Shown: positions 25,669 through 39,600 of the stretch, in pieces | Numbering within the stretch: the first letter of the stretch is position 1 | How the letters are laid out: each line of letters begins with the position of its first letter | From: Tubiluchus corallicola | Lineage: Eukaryota > Animalia > Priapulida | Direction of reading: 5' to 3' | Assembly: GCA_030141605.1 (NCBI GenBank) | Contig: JAQGDQ010000644.1 | Location: forward strand, 1 to 64,000 | Length of the DNA: 64,000 bases | Program-made: the position numbers and the translations under genes | Notes under the pieces: model-generated | What the model was told of the DNA's origin: nothing | Databases searched by the model: none | The model's input: only the letters and a program-made list of their open reading frames with translations

Positions 25669-27115
25669 CACTTTCTACTTGAACCTTTTAACTTAAATGT
25701 CAATTTAAGGTCAAATAGTTTTTTACTAAAATCTGTGTCCCATCAGGCACAAGGGCAGCTGATTTTTTTCACAACTTCTTCTCTGACTTCTAGATCGACT
25801 TGCTTAAACTAAATATGACATAAATTTAACAACTCCTGTTAGCGCCAACAGAGGGGGCGAGGCTTTCGTATAGCACAGCGCCGCCGTCAGCAAAATAAGC
25901 CAAAGAAGTCGCTGTTAGGCAGCGCCTTGTAGCAAAAAAACTAATGCAAACCATGTGTTTCGGAAATAAACTGTTTGTTTTGAGTTTTAATATAATCTGT
26001 TGTTGTTCATGTTTAATGAAAACAGAGCTGAATTGAATGACTGCAAGCAACGTAAAAAGAAAAGTATTATGAACGTTAATATGATAGGAAACTGTAAACA
26101 CCCAATAGGGCAAGCGGCGCCTGTAACTGCCGTGTTATTTCGTCACATGGACGGAAAGTCATGCAGATAATAACGAATTTGCCATTGCAGGGGAAAGATT
26201 AATAACCACATCACTTATTTCCCGTTTCTATGATTCTTTGCTGAATTGTAAGCTGCTTAGAGGACAAGAAAAGGGGTACCTGAAGTAGACTTCAGAAAAA
26301 TCACCTTAAAAAATTATATTACTTTACAGCAGTTTTATGCGTAGATCGTACTCGCGTTAAAAGGGATTTTTGTTTGTTTTCATTTTAAATCTCCCACAAT
26401 ACTGTTCCGACGGCGCCATTACATGACGTCACGCAAACGTAAATCAGGGGAGAAAAGGCAATGTTAAATTATGTCTCAAAAAGATTTCCATTCAAATCTA
26501 TATTATGTAGCATTTCGCTTACCTGCTGGAAAGACTTAAGTAACAAGAATTAATAATTTCAAATGTTTGTGTCAATTGGAAAAATGTCGTTGACTCACCC
26601 TCCAGGATGCGCCACTCACCAACCAAAAACGTATTTTAATCTTATTGACAAGACACAGTAATTTAAAATTTTACTTAGTGAGCAGTATGTATGCTACGAA
26701 AGCTCTGGTTATTTTTTCAAACTTTACACAATGTTATCTAAATTTGTTTGAAACGACTTGCCGTCAAAATGGCTGCGCCTAACGGTCGTCGCCGGAGTTT
26801 ACATTTACACGTTTTATACAGCGCTACGGCCGATTCAAACCCTGCACGCAAAAAGGCAGTATGTAAGTAGTATGAATTTTCAAGGCGAATCTTTTAAACT
26901 TTATGTAGGTGGAGAGGTTTTCTTGCCCTTTAACCTGTTAAAAATGTAAACCTTTTATGGTAGGCGCCGTTTCTCTCAATTATTCCAATCATAACATCAT
27001 AATCATAACGTAAAAATATAATAACAGCAATCTGTATACTAAGGAACTGTAAGTCTGTAATGAAACAGAAGAGTTACACACTTACTAAGGAATGCAACAC
27101 ACATCACTAATCAAG

Positions 27116-27292
27116 TGTCCAATAATTAGAAATACTTGGTTTTTCTGAGCAAACTTCTAGTTTCGCTCCAGAAAACCTAGGTTTTCCTCAGAAACTTGAA
27201 TTTTGCTAGATAGAAAACAATTTTGCTCAAAAATTGGGTTTTGCAAATTAGAATTTCGTTAAAAAGATTGAGGTGTTTCTAATAATTGGACA
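27116..27292. mobile_element. Short palindromic MITE-like element
   Basis: TGTCCAATAATTAGAAATAC ... GTGTTTCTAATAATTGGACA inverted termini. Confidence 0.55.
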
Positions 27293-28604
27293 TGTGGGCT
27301 TGCCACGTGTGGTGCACTTTCAGCTGTATCTCTTCTTTTTCAATACAGTTCATTAACACACAGGTTCCCTTTTTGTTTGCATGTGAAATTCAACCTTTTG
27401 TATTTTGTTTTTAAGAAAATAGATTGTCTTTGGCTTGTTTAGTTGCATAGTCATCTAGAGTGCTGAGTACTGCTGACGTCGCAGAACGTTTTCAACAAGA
27501 ACTCGCAGCACTGGGTTCGATGCAAAGTTGCAAAAAGTTCTTCAGAAACTCAACAACTATTTGAAATCTAACACAGGCAAGCAGTGAAACTTTTACAGAA
27601 ACTTTTTTAACAGTCATAACGCTTGTTTACGAACATGAGTTTTTTTTCGTGCAGACGTAGTCTTTAGCATTCTATAGTATAAAAAAGCTTGTAGAGAAGT
27701 GAAACTCAAGCTGCATCGCATAACATGAGTGATCTTTCCCACGGTCTATTTTTATTCATGCAAAAATTCAAACTGTGTTTGTGAAATGTCACGCTTTCGA
27801 AAGCGAAACACGTGAATGTGGCTTAAAAAGAGAAATTTTGACAACCTGGGGTGACGGAATCTTCAAAGCGCCGCTCGAATACCTTTATTTTTATTTATTT
27901 TAAACATAGTTTTATTTGGCTTGAATTAAACAGTTCATTATAACTGATGCAGAGATTCTCACCAATATACGTGCAAGATTTACATTTGAAGTTAACATGG
28001 ATTAGTAAATCTATAGTACCATACCATTGAAATTAATAAAATATAGATGACTGCACAATACAGAATAGGTCAAGTTTTGATACTATAGTATCCTTAGATA
28101 CCTTTAATCACATCACTCACACACTTTGCATGCAAAATATATTTTATAAAAGTTATTCAGAATCAAATGACAGGACCCCCTTCGAAGAGGGCATTCATTT
28201 ACTGATGTTAGCCCGGCTTTATTTTGTTTTCTTATTTCCGCGCATCTATATAATCGTGACATGCAGCATGTAAGCAATGTTCGGTTAAATTTTGTATTTT
28301 TGTCCAGGGTAGCAGCCTAAAATATAGTCCTATTCCAGAACTGAGTATCACAGGAGCTAGGCTATTCTATACGCAGTGCTAGTTGCCCTTCTAGACCAGA
28401 ATATACACCTTCGATCTTTTACCCAATCATTGAGATTAATGTTAACAAGATTATTGGTTTTCCTGATTAAATAAAATAATTTTCATGATTGTGTCAAACA
28501 CTCATTCGTAATCGTACACTTTGAAATGTTCAATATATGGTAACAAAAACACTAGAGAAAAACGCACAGACAGCAGTTATATTTCAACATAAATTTAATT
28601 TAGA

Positions 28605-28641
28605 TGTTTAGCTTTCGATACATGGTATCTTCATCAGAACA
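28605..28641 (-). ncRNA. Minimal type I hammerhead ribozyme motif (Penelope-like element associated)
   Basis: Minus strand reads UGUU-CUGAUGA-A-GAUAC-CAU-GUAUC-GAAA-GC-UA-AACA: intact core, 5-bp stem II, 4-bp stem I and a palindromic mini stem III. Confidence 0.65.
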
Positions 28642-28959
28642 AAGGAGTTGACTGAGGGAAATATTGTGACTTGTACCTAAAGATGGTAATATTAAAATTA
28701 CCTGTACCAGACTGCATCAAACTTACATATACGAAACTTTCTTAGATTCAAATAATAGAACACATTAAAAGCAGTTTCCAATACTTATAGCAATGCTCAA
28801 AATTTGAAGCTGTCTGTTCACCAAACTGTAGAAAACTGCAGATAATAACACACAGGCAATTTCAAATTGTGTTGTTCACACAATAAACATGCTCTAAGTG
28901 ATGTGAGGTAAAAGTAGCACACGAAATAATGGCATAAACCGTTATCAATGGCACAAAAC

Positions 28960-29360
28960 ATTATCTTTCTGACATTTCTGGAATTTAGCAATGACCCGGG
29001 AGCTCATAAGATTAGGAAGACGTTTACCCTGGCAAGTTTCGAAGCCCGTAAATAAACGATTACCCAACGACACCGTAAAAGTTCCTTCCAAACTGGCAAT
29101 CAGTCGACGACAGTACCTAAATTTAGCGTCAAGGATGGATCTAAGATCAACAACTACTTCAGGGTGGTTAAACACAAAGACCGAGTCTCCAACTTGTTTG
29201 GCAAAATGTGGGCTTAACTTTTAGATAAATTATTAATACGACAAGATGTGAAACTCATTCAAGAAAGTTTTATCTTGATACGATAAGAAGTCTATCCACC
29301 CGCTTTTAAACGCTCTGCCACGTTCTGCCATCGGTTATACAGTTTACCAAAAATCCTGTC
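28960..29360 (+). mobile_element. Degenerate Penelope-like retroelement RT fragment
   Basis: CGGTTATACAGTTTACCAAAAATC encodes RLYSLPKI, resembling the PLE RT motif R(L/F)YGLPK(I/V)HK. The frame is disrupted, a hammerhead motif lies nearby, and the boundaries are approximate. Confidence 0.45.
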
Positions 29361-29665
29361 TGGCTTCCGTGTTTAATATTTTACCAAAATTATTCAGTGA
29401 TGGGCTTGTTGACAATGTTAATTTTGTAGTAAATTTATACACAAGCAATGTTTCACATATATTTCTTCAAATTCAGTTCAAATTAGCTTTTTGTACAAAA
29501 TATAATAAATTTTTATACTAAATATTTAAATATACAATTTTCATCTTGATCATACTTGTATTGCATACGGCATGACATAACTTGTTCAAGAACGTTTAAG
29601 TAGGTTTTTAATTTACTATTAGAATGAGATATTAACAGAGTGTGTTTTAGAGAGATCACTTTTTA

Positions 29666-29676
29666 GTGATGATGAT

Positions 29677-29756
<80 letters not shown>

Positions 29757-29778
29757 TGATGACGATGACGACGACGAC

Positions 29779-29830
<52 letters not shown>

Positions 29831-29831
29831 C

Positions 29832-29880
<49 letters not shown>
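29666..29880. repeat. (GAT/GAC)n microsatellite, possibly the tail of a minus-strand retroposon
   Basis: Directly visible; immediately followed by AAATCTTTATT (AATAAA on the minus strand). Confidence 0.9.
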
Positions 29881-30717
29881 AAATCTTTATTTATACAATA
29901 TATACATATATGTACATGCAATGCCTCTATTTGCAAGACGATAATTTTGCATTGTATCATGATGTAAGAGTATATATACAACACGGTCAATTACTTCCTT
30001 AATACATGTACAGCAAATCCTCGCTTAACGACGCTAATGCGTTTCAGCAAAAGCTGGAAACGTTGTTAAACGAAACCAAGACTTAAATAGAAACTAATGT
30101 AGAATAACTGGGATACGTTCCAGAGGCAAAACCCAGTACTATTTAAAGAAATGTCCTAAAGAAGCCAAGGCTTATGTAACGTCACTCATTGGCTACATCA
30201 TTTGCGTAAACTCTCATTCGGTGAAAGTTTATTCAAATATTTAACATAGTGTCCTTCTCACACGAAAAAATGTACTACAAACCCAAAGCTGGACCGTCAT
30301 TATTAACTTAGTAATTTCGTACTGCCTCATGCAGATCGTGCTCACAGCTAGGAAGAGAAATTAATGAAAAAAGTACGCCGCGAGCCACTGTCCATCCTGT
30401 GACGTGTTTCCGGTTGCTCCCTGTATTATAGCAATCCAGCGCTATAGCCTAGAAGGTTCTGTTTCTTCAGCGCATTAAATAACAACTGAATGCGACTGCA
30501 GCCTTGTGAAAGGAGAAGATTTGAAAAAGCAAATGTTTGTGCTACCAATAAATGTCGCGAAGACACATAGTTTGTTCACAGAATTTAGCAGACATGCAGG
30601 CTTCACGTGCGTCTTTGCAGGCATGAATGGTTTCTTAGTGCAGAAGAATTTGTGAATCGCTGCGGCATTTGATCTGCTGTGCATGACATTCACATTCCCA
30701 AAAGCTGTGTGAAAATC

Positions 30718-33665
30718 ATGAGCATCAATTATCCCACCAGTATTTTTGTTTTTTGGATGTTATTACGAATTGGTGAGTATTTTTCGGTTGTTTTTTCCAG
30801 TTGTTGCGAATTGGTCTGCATTTTTTGTTTAGTTCTTTCTCCGTTCATTGAAGGACGGTAATCTGCAATATTTTTTCTTAATTAGCAGCATTGTGACGAG
30901 TTAGACCTCTCTACTACTTAAGTAACACTTACGATTATTTTAACCTGAGTATTATCATAATTAACAGCATTGCGACCAATTAGACCTCTCTACTACTTAA
31001 GTAACACTTACGATTATGTAAGTACGTCTTTGTGGTAATGTTGATGAAACCATATTCATGAAAATCCTTGAAGATTAGGTTTAATTTCTTTCCGACAGTA
31101 ATAGAACCCTACGTAACACACAACATGTGCCATATAACGGGGTTAACCCCACTTTTGTCCCAAGTAATTCAACTGGTTCATTATAAGGTATATTAATCGT
31201 GTTATACTAGCAAGTGTGTATGGCATTAGAAATAACTATGAGCTGCAGACACCGCTTCAATAGCTAAGAATGCAGGGGATGCCAGATCCTCTAATCCAAA
31301 CCAAATTTTTAGATAATTTTTCATTAACCTTAAACTGTAAGCTCTTTTCTTCAATAGCTACTGTTAGTAAACTGTCTTGAATTTGGCAGTAATAACGAAT
31401 ATACTTTCGGAAAATTTGTTGCTAAATTTAGTTTTTTAATAACTCTCATACTACGAGTTCTGTATATTTCTTTTTACCTTATTAGTTGCACAGAATACAT
31501 GAGAAACTACAAAAATGCCCAGCCTAAGAAAATATCTATAATCTGTCTAACATTAATAGACGATACTAATTTCTTTTAGTTTGCCACTATACACAGTTAC
31601 ATATATTTTACTGTCAAGTTAACGTTCAATTATAAATTATCATTTGAGCAAAAAGGCCGAAAGTAACAGCGGTTCTGGATTAAAATTTAAGAGAAGAGCA
31701 TAGTTCAAGTGCTGTTTCTCGTACTGTGCTGTAGGTGGCAGCACTAGAATTTTGAATTAATATACTGAAACACCAACACACAATCAGTATCGTTAGTCAT
31801 TACTTTAACCTAGTTTTAACGTAATTTTACTACCAGTAACTCATTTAAGAAAGTAATTTACTATAATGCGCATTAAAATCAAAATATGAAAAAAGTACCA
31901 AATACATTCAGAGTACAACCTCTGCTACGAAAATGAAAGCTGCAGAACACGATTTTGCGCTTGTACTTTCACACAGGACCACATATTCCATCTTACCTGA
32001 TAGTTGTGGTAGTTCTTCGCGCCCAAGGGCACCTTTATTAGACTACACCCCCACCCCCCCACCCCCGTAATTGCGGTGGCTGCGGATACGTACTACGCCA
32101 CTGTGTAGCTTCAGAATGAATTGTAAACCGATATCTTTTCCTTAAAACACCAACGCCCTCGTTCTGCGTTCCCTAGTATTTTTGAAGTTTCAAGTTAGTA
32201 AGTAAGCAAAAGTTAGGTGAAGACGTAAGACCTTTAAAAAAAACTACGTAGATCGCTCCCTGTTTTACATCTTTTACATCACTTCTGCAAAACTAATATA
32301 AATGTTGGAAATTTATTAGCTAACTCTGGTCTGGTTTAGCTAACTCCTAGTAAAAACCAGTTATAATATCTGTTTTAATATCTATTTAAACTCGTTTTTA
32401 CGTTTTGAATTGGCCACTATTGTGGGTTTTTATCTAGAAAGTCGCTAAAACATTGTGCCCTTGGGTTTTTTCATGTTTCGATGAAGCGTTGACCTACAGT
32501 CGGTTACTTCAGCCTTCCTGTGTGATACAGAAGCCATATTACATGATCAGCAGTTTCGGGTTGTTGCACTATTCTTAGTTTGCACTAACCCTTACTAATC
32601 CACCAGAACCTTATGTTTCAAACCAAAAACAAATGGAGAACCGGGTTAGGCGACGGAAATTCTCTATCATTTGCCGAATGTTCTATTAGCGCATATTAGG
32701 AACGCTCGGATGTGTTACGCTGAAAATAAAATTTTATAAGGAAGACAGGATGATTTTTCATATACTACCCAATCTTCAAGTCCGATAAAAAGTATACATT
32801 TTATCAAAATTAATACTGCAAAAGCGTTTCTGATAATTAAATAATAGTTTAAAAACTCAATTAAGGCGGGTAAGCCCAGCTAGTGACGACATCACAAACT
32901 AACATAATCTTCAACAGCAAAAATATTCCACGAGCGTGTTGTACGCGTTTCCGAAAGCGAAAATTGAAGTGCAGTGCTGCTGTAACAGATTCAGTGTTGT
33001 ACTAAAACTAGGCATGTTTTAAGATAAAAATTCAAATTTCAAATTTACCGCTGTACTCACGCATGAGCTGTCAAACGTGTGTAGTTCGTCCCAAATTAAC
33101 ACCTGTGAACTGAGAGGTACAGCACCTATTTTTTGCAATGCGTTTCTGAAATGCGGGCGCTAGTGCTCGTCTAACTAGCGAATCGCGAAGTGCATGTAAC
33201 AGCGAAGAACTAGTGGCGTGAACGCGAAACTGTGTTTGTGCGGTAATAATTATTTCACGTAAGTCATTTTTGAAAAACATAGTATGGTTCCTTTCTATAT
33301 TTTAAAGAGTAGATTGTTTTGATCTACAGTTTACGTTTGGGTCCGGCTTTACTTTAAATGTTTAATAATTTAAATATTAATATGTTGTTTATTAAACGCA
33401 GACGTTGTTTTCCTAGAGGCTGTATCGTTCATGTTTTTAAATATTCATTGGGATAAAACTACATACACACAGTATCCACAACAATGATAAGTTGAAGGCA
33501 AGTTAATTAAAACTATAAAAAAGGAACATCAAACTTTGATGTGTATCAGCCTATAAGCAGGAAATTGTACATCTGCGTTCAAATAAATGAGAAATATGCA
33601 TGACAGTTCGTCGCTTTTAGATACTTAGTTGTGTGTGTGTGTGCGTGCGTGCGTGCGTACGTGCG

Positions 33666-33696
<31 letters not shown>

Positions 33697-36600
33697 ATGC
33701 ATGCGTGCGTGCTCGTGTGCTTATGCGCGTGCGTGTTTGTTTGTCTGTTTGTTTTGTTTGATTGTTTGTGTGTGTGTGTGTGTGCGTGCGTGCGTGCTGT
33801 ACCTTACCAACTTACAACTAAGTGTGCGTGTATGTGTGTGTATTTATATAAAACCTAATAAAAGTTATTGTTAAATTACATATTAATTATTATTGTCTGG
33901 CTTAGCGAGTTAGCGAATAATTAGATATAAGGCAGAGATGATTCGACCTTTTAACGATGGCTGCTACTTCCGTGATTTCTCGATCGTTTTTGTGTTAACT
34001 TGCATACATGACTTGGCAAAGAAAAGACAAATAGAGAATTTGTTTAGCTTGATATCCAAAGACTTTCTAGTTTTCCCATTTTGGAGGTGATTTTTAATTT
34101 TTAATTTTCAAATAGACCCTATTTTAGTTTGTATCTGGTTGCGATGAGTTCGGAATCTCCTATGTTATTAAAACGTGACTTTAAGGAGACACGGGGAGCA
34201 GGCAAATGTGTTTCAGCTGCATTCGTAAGCGTCTGCGTGCCAAATATTCTTGGTAGTATGGCAAATTTAAGAAGAAATATCAGATATGGCAAAAAAAGAA
34301 ATTTTGCAGGCGGTCACTCTACCGTTTACTAACCAAGCTCTGCGCTATTTTACTTCTGCAGCCAAACACACGTTGTAACCATTCGGTTATTTTGTATAAA
34401 ACACCGTGGCTAATGAACAATGCAGGCGGGCAACAAATCTATGTACCAAAATCATCAGAAAGACTTATTTATTGTGCAGGTAGCTGTATGTCCTGAACGA
34501 CCGAAGTTAAATGCGCTGAATTTGGTTTCAATTTTAATTTATTTATTTCACATCACTAGTATATCATCTAGTAACATACATTTTGCATACATATAATGTA
34601 CGTCATTCCATAATTTTAGTTCAAATGGTATATAGTTCAATAACAATTAGTATGTATTTATGATAATACTACTGCAGCAATTCATGAAGCTTATAATAGC
34701 TGCTAAGAACGGCTGAATGTGAAATAGAAACAAGCAGGAGAATCTATATGCAAAAGTATGTAGAAATGGAATTAGTAAAAAAATGTTATGGCTAAAATTA
34801 GATAAGAACAGAAGAAGATGTGAGAATTATAGTGATTGTCATAGTAATATTGAATTCAGTAAATGATAAAATTAATAATAATTGCGTACTTTATACAAAT
34901 ACAACCTGGCTTGCGCCGTGCTGTGATTGCTGATGGTGTATGAAACTAAAACTGAAATTAATAAATAATGATTACATTACAAACGATGATATTTGAACCG
35001 ATTTGTCAACATTATTCCACATACGTGGTCCGGTAAATATAATAAGTTGTTTAGCTACATTTGTTCTGCAATATTGAATCAGAAAGAGATTGTACCTTGT
35101 GTTATGCATTTTATTCGCATTTGCTTTCAATTGATTATCAAAAAATAGATAATAATAACAAAAAATAGTTGAAAAGGATAGTTTTTCGTTTTGTAGACAT
35201 GACTAACTAAAGTAAGTTTTAACAAATCATCAAATAATAAAATTCTGTTTTCTTTGAAATAATTGTTGCCTATATTGGTCAGAAAATGGACAGGTGACTG
35301 CGGTTCAATATTCCCTTTACAGGTTCATTTCTTTTACCACATGGATTCTAACTGCACCTCATTAAGGAAAGATGTGTCCATGTCAGTATGTGACTAAAAC
35401 ATCTCTGCCTTAATCTTAGCAATAAGCTCTCAGTCTCATCTTGATCTATCAATGAACAGTAAACAGAGCTAGTTGTTTTTTTAAGAAATCTCTGGTCCTT
35501 CTCACTCAGGCTACAAGATACTGTAAGAGTCACTTCACCATTTTTCATTTTGGGATCTACATGATGCAGAAGTCACTTTTGTCATTACTCGTCATCATTA
35601 CTCATATCAATTGTATTACCTTCATCAAGGTCACGCGTTTTCCTGCAAGTAAAGAGGGTTATTCACTTCGTATTCAAATTAATAGAGGTTACTCAAATAA
35701 ATTCTTTTAAAGTTAACATGGATTGGAGGCTAAAGAAATGACGCTGCTGTCTCTTCTTTTTGAACTGGATGACAGTTGCCAAAGGGTATGAAATAGATGC
35801 ATCGTACGCAGAGCCTTCTTAGCATACCAAAAGTTAGCTGGCTTCAGTAAACATTAGAGGGTTATTCACTTCGTATTCAAATTAATAGAGGTTACTCAAA
35901 TTAATTCTTTTAAAGTTAACTTGGATTGGAATCTAAACAAATGACGCTGCTGTCTCTTCTTTTTGAACTGGATGACAGTTGCCAAAGGGTATGAAATAGA
36001 TGCATCGTACGCAGAGCCTTCTTAGCATACCAAAAGTTAGCTGGCTTCAGTAAACATTAGAGGGTTATTCACTTCGTATTCAAATTAATAGAGGTTACTC
36101 AAATTAATTCTTTTAAAGTTAACTTGGATTGGAATCTAAACAAATGACGCTGCTGTCTCTTCTTTTTGAACTGGATGACAGTTGCCAAAGGGTATGAAAT
36201 AGATGCATCGTACACAGAACCTTCTTAGCATACCAAACGTTAGCTGGCTTCAGTCAACATTCTATAATAGCCACCAAGACAGCGGCAGATGTTTTCTATC
36301 GTTTTATTTGCAGCACATTCTTCAAACGCTGATAAGGACTATATGGCTTTAAAGTCACGTACTACAGGATGTGTACTCTTCGCCTTAAAGTTTATAAAAC
36401 GCGTGCTCCTCTTTCCGACAGATTTCAGCTCTTAAATCTTGAAAATGGCCCGAATTGAAGCAAAAGCTCGTAAATTATTTGTTTTAGTTTGCGAGTTCGC
36501 GTAGCTCGAGCAAAGAGTGGATACAGTTACAAACAAAACATTATCGAAATTTAACGATGGGATGGGGGAGGCAGCGAAACAGCAACAGTTTGGCAAGTTA

Positions 36601-39600
36601 AGAATCAGCGTTTCCCTAGCACTTTGTTATGAATAGCGAAATAGAATGACAATTATTAAATAATTATTTGTCTTAAAGTTACTCAGTATGTTACGTTTAT
36701 TTTACTTAGAAAAATGTAACAAAGGAATTTGCAAAGAGCTGTCTTCAAAGCATAAATTTAAAATATACTACCGTTGAATAGAAATTTTCAGACGTGGTTG
36801 TTGCCACCATTAACTTGAAAGTCATGACGAAACTGGGGGACTTCGTGACTCTTCGTAAACGCGTCGTGAATTTCCGTAAGAGCGAGCTGCTGAAACTAAT
36901 TCAAATTCATGCAGCTTACGTTATGGTCACACCAAAATATTACAAAGTTAGCTATTTAATGTTTTGTAAAAACTTATTATACGTTTGATGGAGACTGACA
37001 GTGCACTACTGTTCTTCAAGACAAATGACTTCATTGGTGGTAGAATGAGCATTGAAAACAGGAGCGCCCAAGCAAGAAGTGACCGAGAATTTAAAGTGAT
37101 TATACTAGTTACACGAGGCGCTTATTGCAATTTTATTGCTAAATCCTTCTAATCCTTTTTCGCGAACAGTGAAATAAGCCTAACCTCCTAGAAGGTTTGG
37201 CATTTTCTTTAAATTAACTCTAAAAATGGAAATGTGAAAGGATTGGTAATTAATTCGCACGGGCTTGAACTTGAGACCTTTAGATCGCAAGCCCAAACAT
37301 TTAGCCACTAGGTAACGGGTAATTAAAATTTACATTGTGCTTAAATATGTTTGAAATCGTTCTCGGGTGCTCGTGAGACTCGGGTGCTCTGTATTTTGTG
37401 CAGCATTCTGTCAATCTACTTATGTTAGTCAGGAAGTTGCCATTCCCGTTACCGTTGCTAGAAGTTACGGTTGTCATTGGTCTTAACCATACGTAAAATG
37501 CGAAAGCGTAAAATATGGGCAGAGCTAGAACGGCATTATTAGACGACTTACTCGACCACCAGATTGTAACACGTGAATCCGTTCAAAATTATAATCCTAC
37601 AGTTTTATATAGAAACATATTTGAATTAAACTGGTCAGCATCTTGAATTATTGTCCTTAGTTTATTGCAGCTGTTTATTAAACCAACCTTTCGCTTTACA
37701 ACAATAGAATTTGCTGTTAAATGATTAATCAGCCAACTTACTTTGTAAACGTATTTTTATTATTACTGTTGTTATTAAAATATTGTATTTATACTGTTCG
37801 TGTGTGCAAGTTTAATCACCATCTGCTGATTGTAATTGAATCAAATGTTCTACCAAATCGAGTGAGATAATTATTAGTTGTGATGCCCATTGTGTTTTTA
37901 TTGGAACTTTGCACTCAGCACGTGCACCGTAGAGAAACCTGAATCTGTTTTGTGTTCACTGTGTTTGTACATTATGTTTTTTTTTCATAATATAATTGTG
38001 AAAGTTAGTTATGAAGTTGAAATTGAACACTTGTAGAAAACAACTAAACACTATATTACATGTTTGCACAAAAACTGAAACCGTTTATTACACTACATAG
38101 TTATGTATAACATGACTGCTAAACTACACTGAGGACCAGAGTGTCCTGCACTGATCACGAAGAATTAGACAGTGGCTAGAAGTGAAATCTAGCCAGTTTA
38201 TATAGGTAGAGAACTATGCAAAAACTTGGCTTCACATATCCCATTACAGTAAAAGTAGGGGAGATCCAGTGAGTTTGTATATTCACTGGACCGAGCTAAG
38301 TACTAAGGGTGAGTTTAACTAGTAAAATGTTAAAGTAACTAATCAATAGATGGCAGCACCTAAAATATACAGTTACAACTTTCACAATAATATATTGTAT
38401 TGTATTGTATTGTATTATATTGTATCGTGTTATGTTACGTTACGTTACGTTACGTTATGGCATGGCATGGCAAGGCATGGTGTTGTGTTGTGTTGTGTTG
38501 TATGGTATGGTATGGTATGGTATGGTATGGTATGGTATGGCATGGCATGGCATGGCATGGCATGGCATCGCATCGCATTCGCATCGCATCGCATCGCATC
38601 GCATTGTATTTTATGCATCAATAAACTTATTATTAACTAGAGTCATTGGCTTCATTGGTAATAACTAGACGGAAAGAGTTCATTTTTATAACTGCATTGC
38701 TTGTTTTAATATCATATTTTGCACTTTCCAGGTTCTTTTAGCCCGGATGAAGAACGACTGTTTGAAGACAAACTAAAAATAGCAACAGAGAAACACAAGT
38801 ACAGAAAGATGGTGATACCGGTAGACACAAATGACGAATTAATAGAAGTGAAATTTGGTGTCGGATTGATACAAATTATCAACTTTGTAAGTGAAATGCA
38901 ACTATAAAGTCCAGTTCATTCTAACTATAAACTGACGATCTCTAGAAGTTTACATTGACCCACACGCAGTCCGCGCTGTCTGTGAAATCGCCTAATCAGT
39001 TTTAGAAAATATGATTATTGGGTTCAAAATATAATTCAGTGCTCTACTGAGTACATAAAAATTGTAGTTCGATGGTAGTAAACTGTCCATTCTCCAATTA
39101 CTTACATGTTGAGTAATGAGTATTTCATTTTGCTCTTGTGTGGCATGAGCTTTTAGTGTAGAAAAAAATAATAATTCATTGACGAAAAGAGTGATAATAG
39201 TAGCTTACAAATCCTGCTTTGGCGGATACTTGAATAATGCAAAAATGAGGCCAATAATCCTTTTATTTATCCTGAACTAATTGTCCAACACAAATGCATA
39301 TATTAAATATTCATTTTCAATGATTTTATAGATTTTGTTTCGTTTTTAGTGATTTTATGACACTGGCATACATTATATTCTAGTTAAATCAACTGTGAGA
39401 TTAGTCAGGTAAATTCTTACAATCGTTTTCGTTTGATTGTGAGCTAAGTTGAGCGGATGACACACGTTCGACTATCGAATCACACAAATGTACACTCCCT
39501 CAAGAGAATTATGTGTCAGTGATTGTGGAAAAAATGCTGTATTGGCCATTCAAAAGCGTGAAAAGAGATTCGCAGAGTTTAAGGACCTTCCAATCGAGCA

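Noticed and set aside
30009-30130. pogo/Tigger-like left TIR (TACAGCAAATCCTCGCTTAACGAC)
   Set aside because: No matching right TIR was found, so it is not reported as an element.
35653-36261. Possible CRISPR-like array
   Set aside because: Whole 203-bp units repeat with no unique spacers, no cas genes are present, and the context is eukaryotic.
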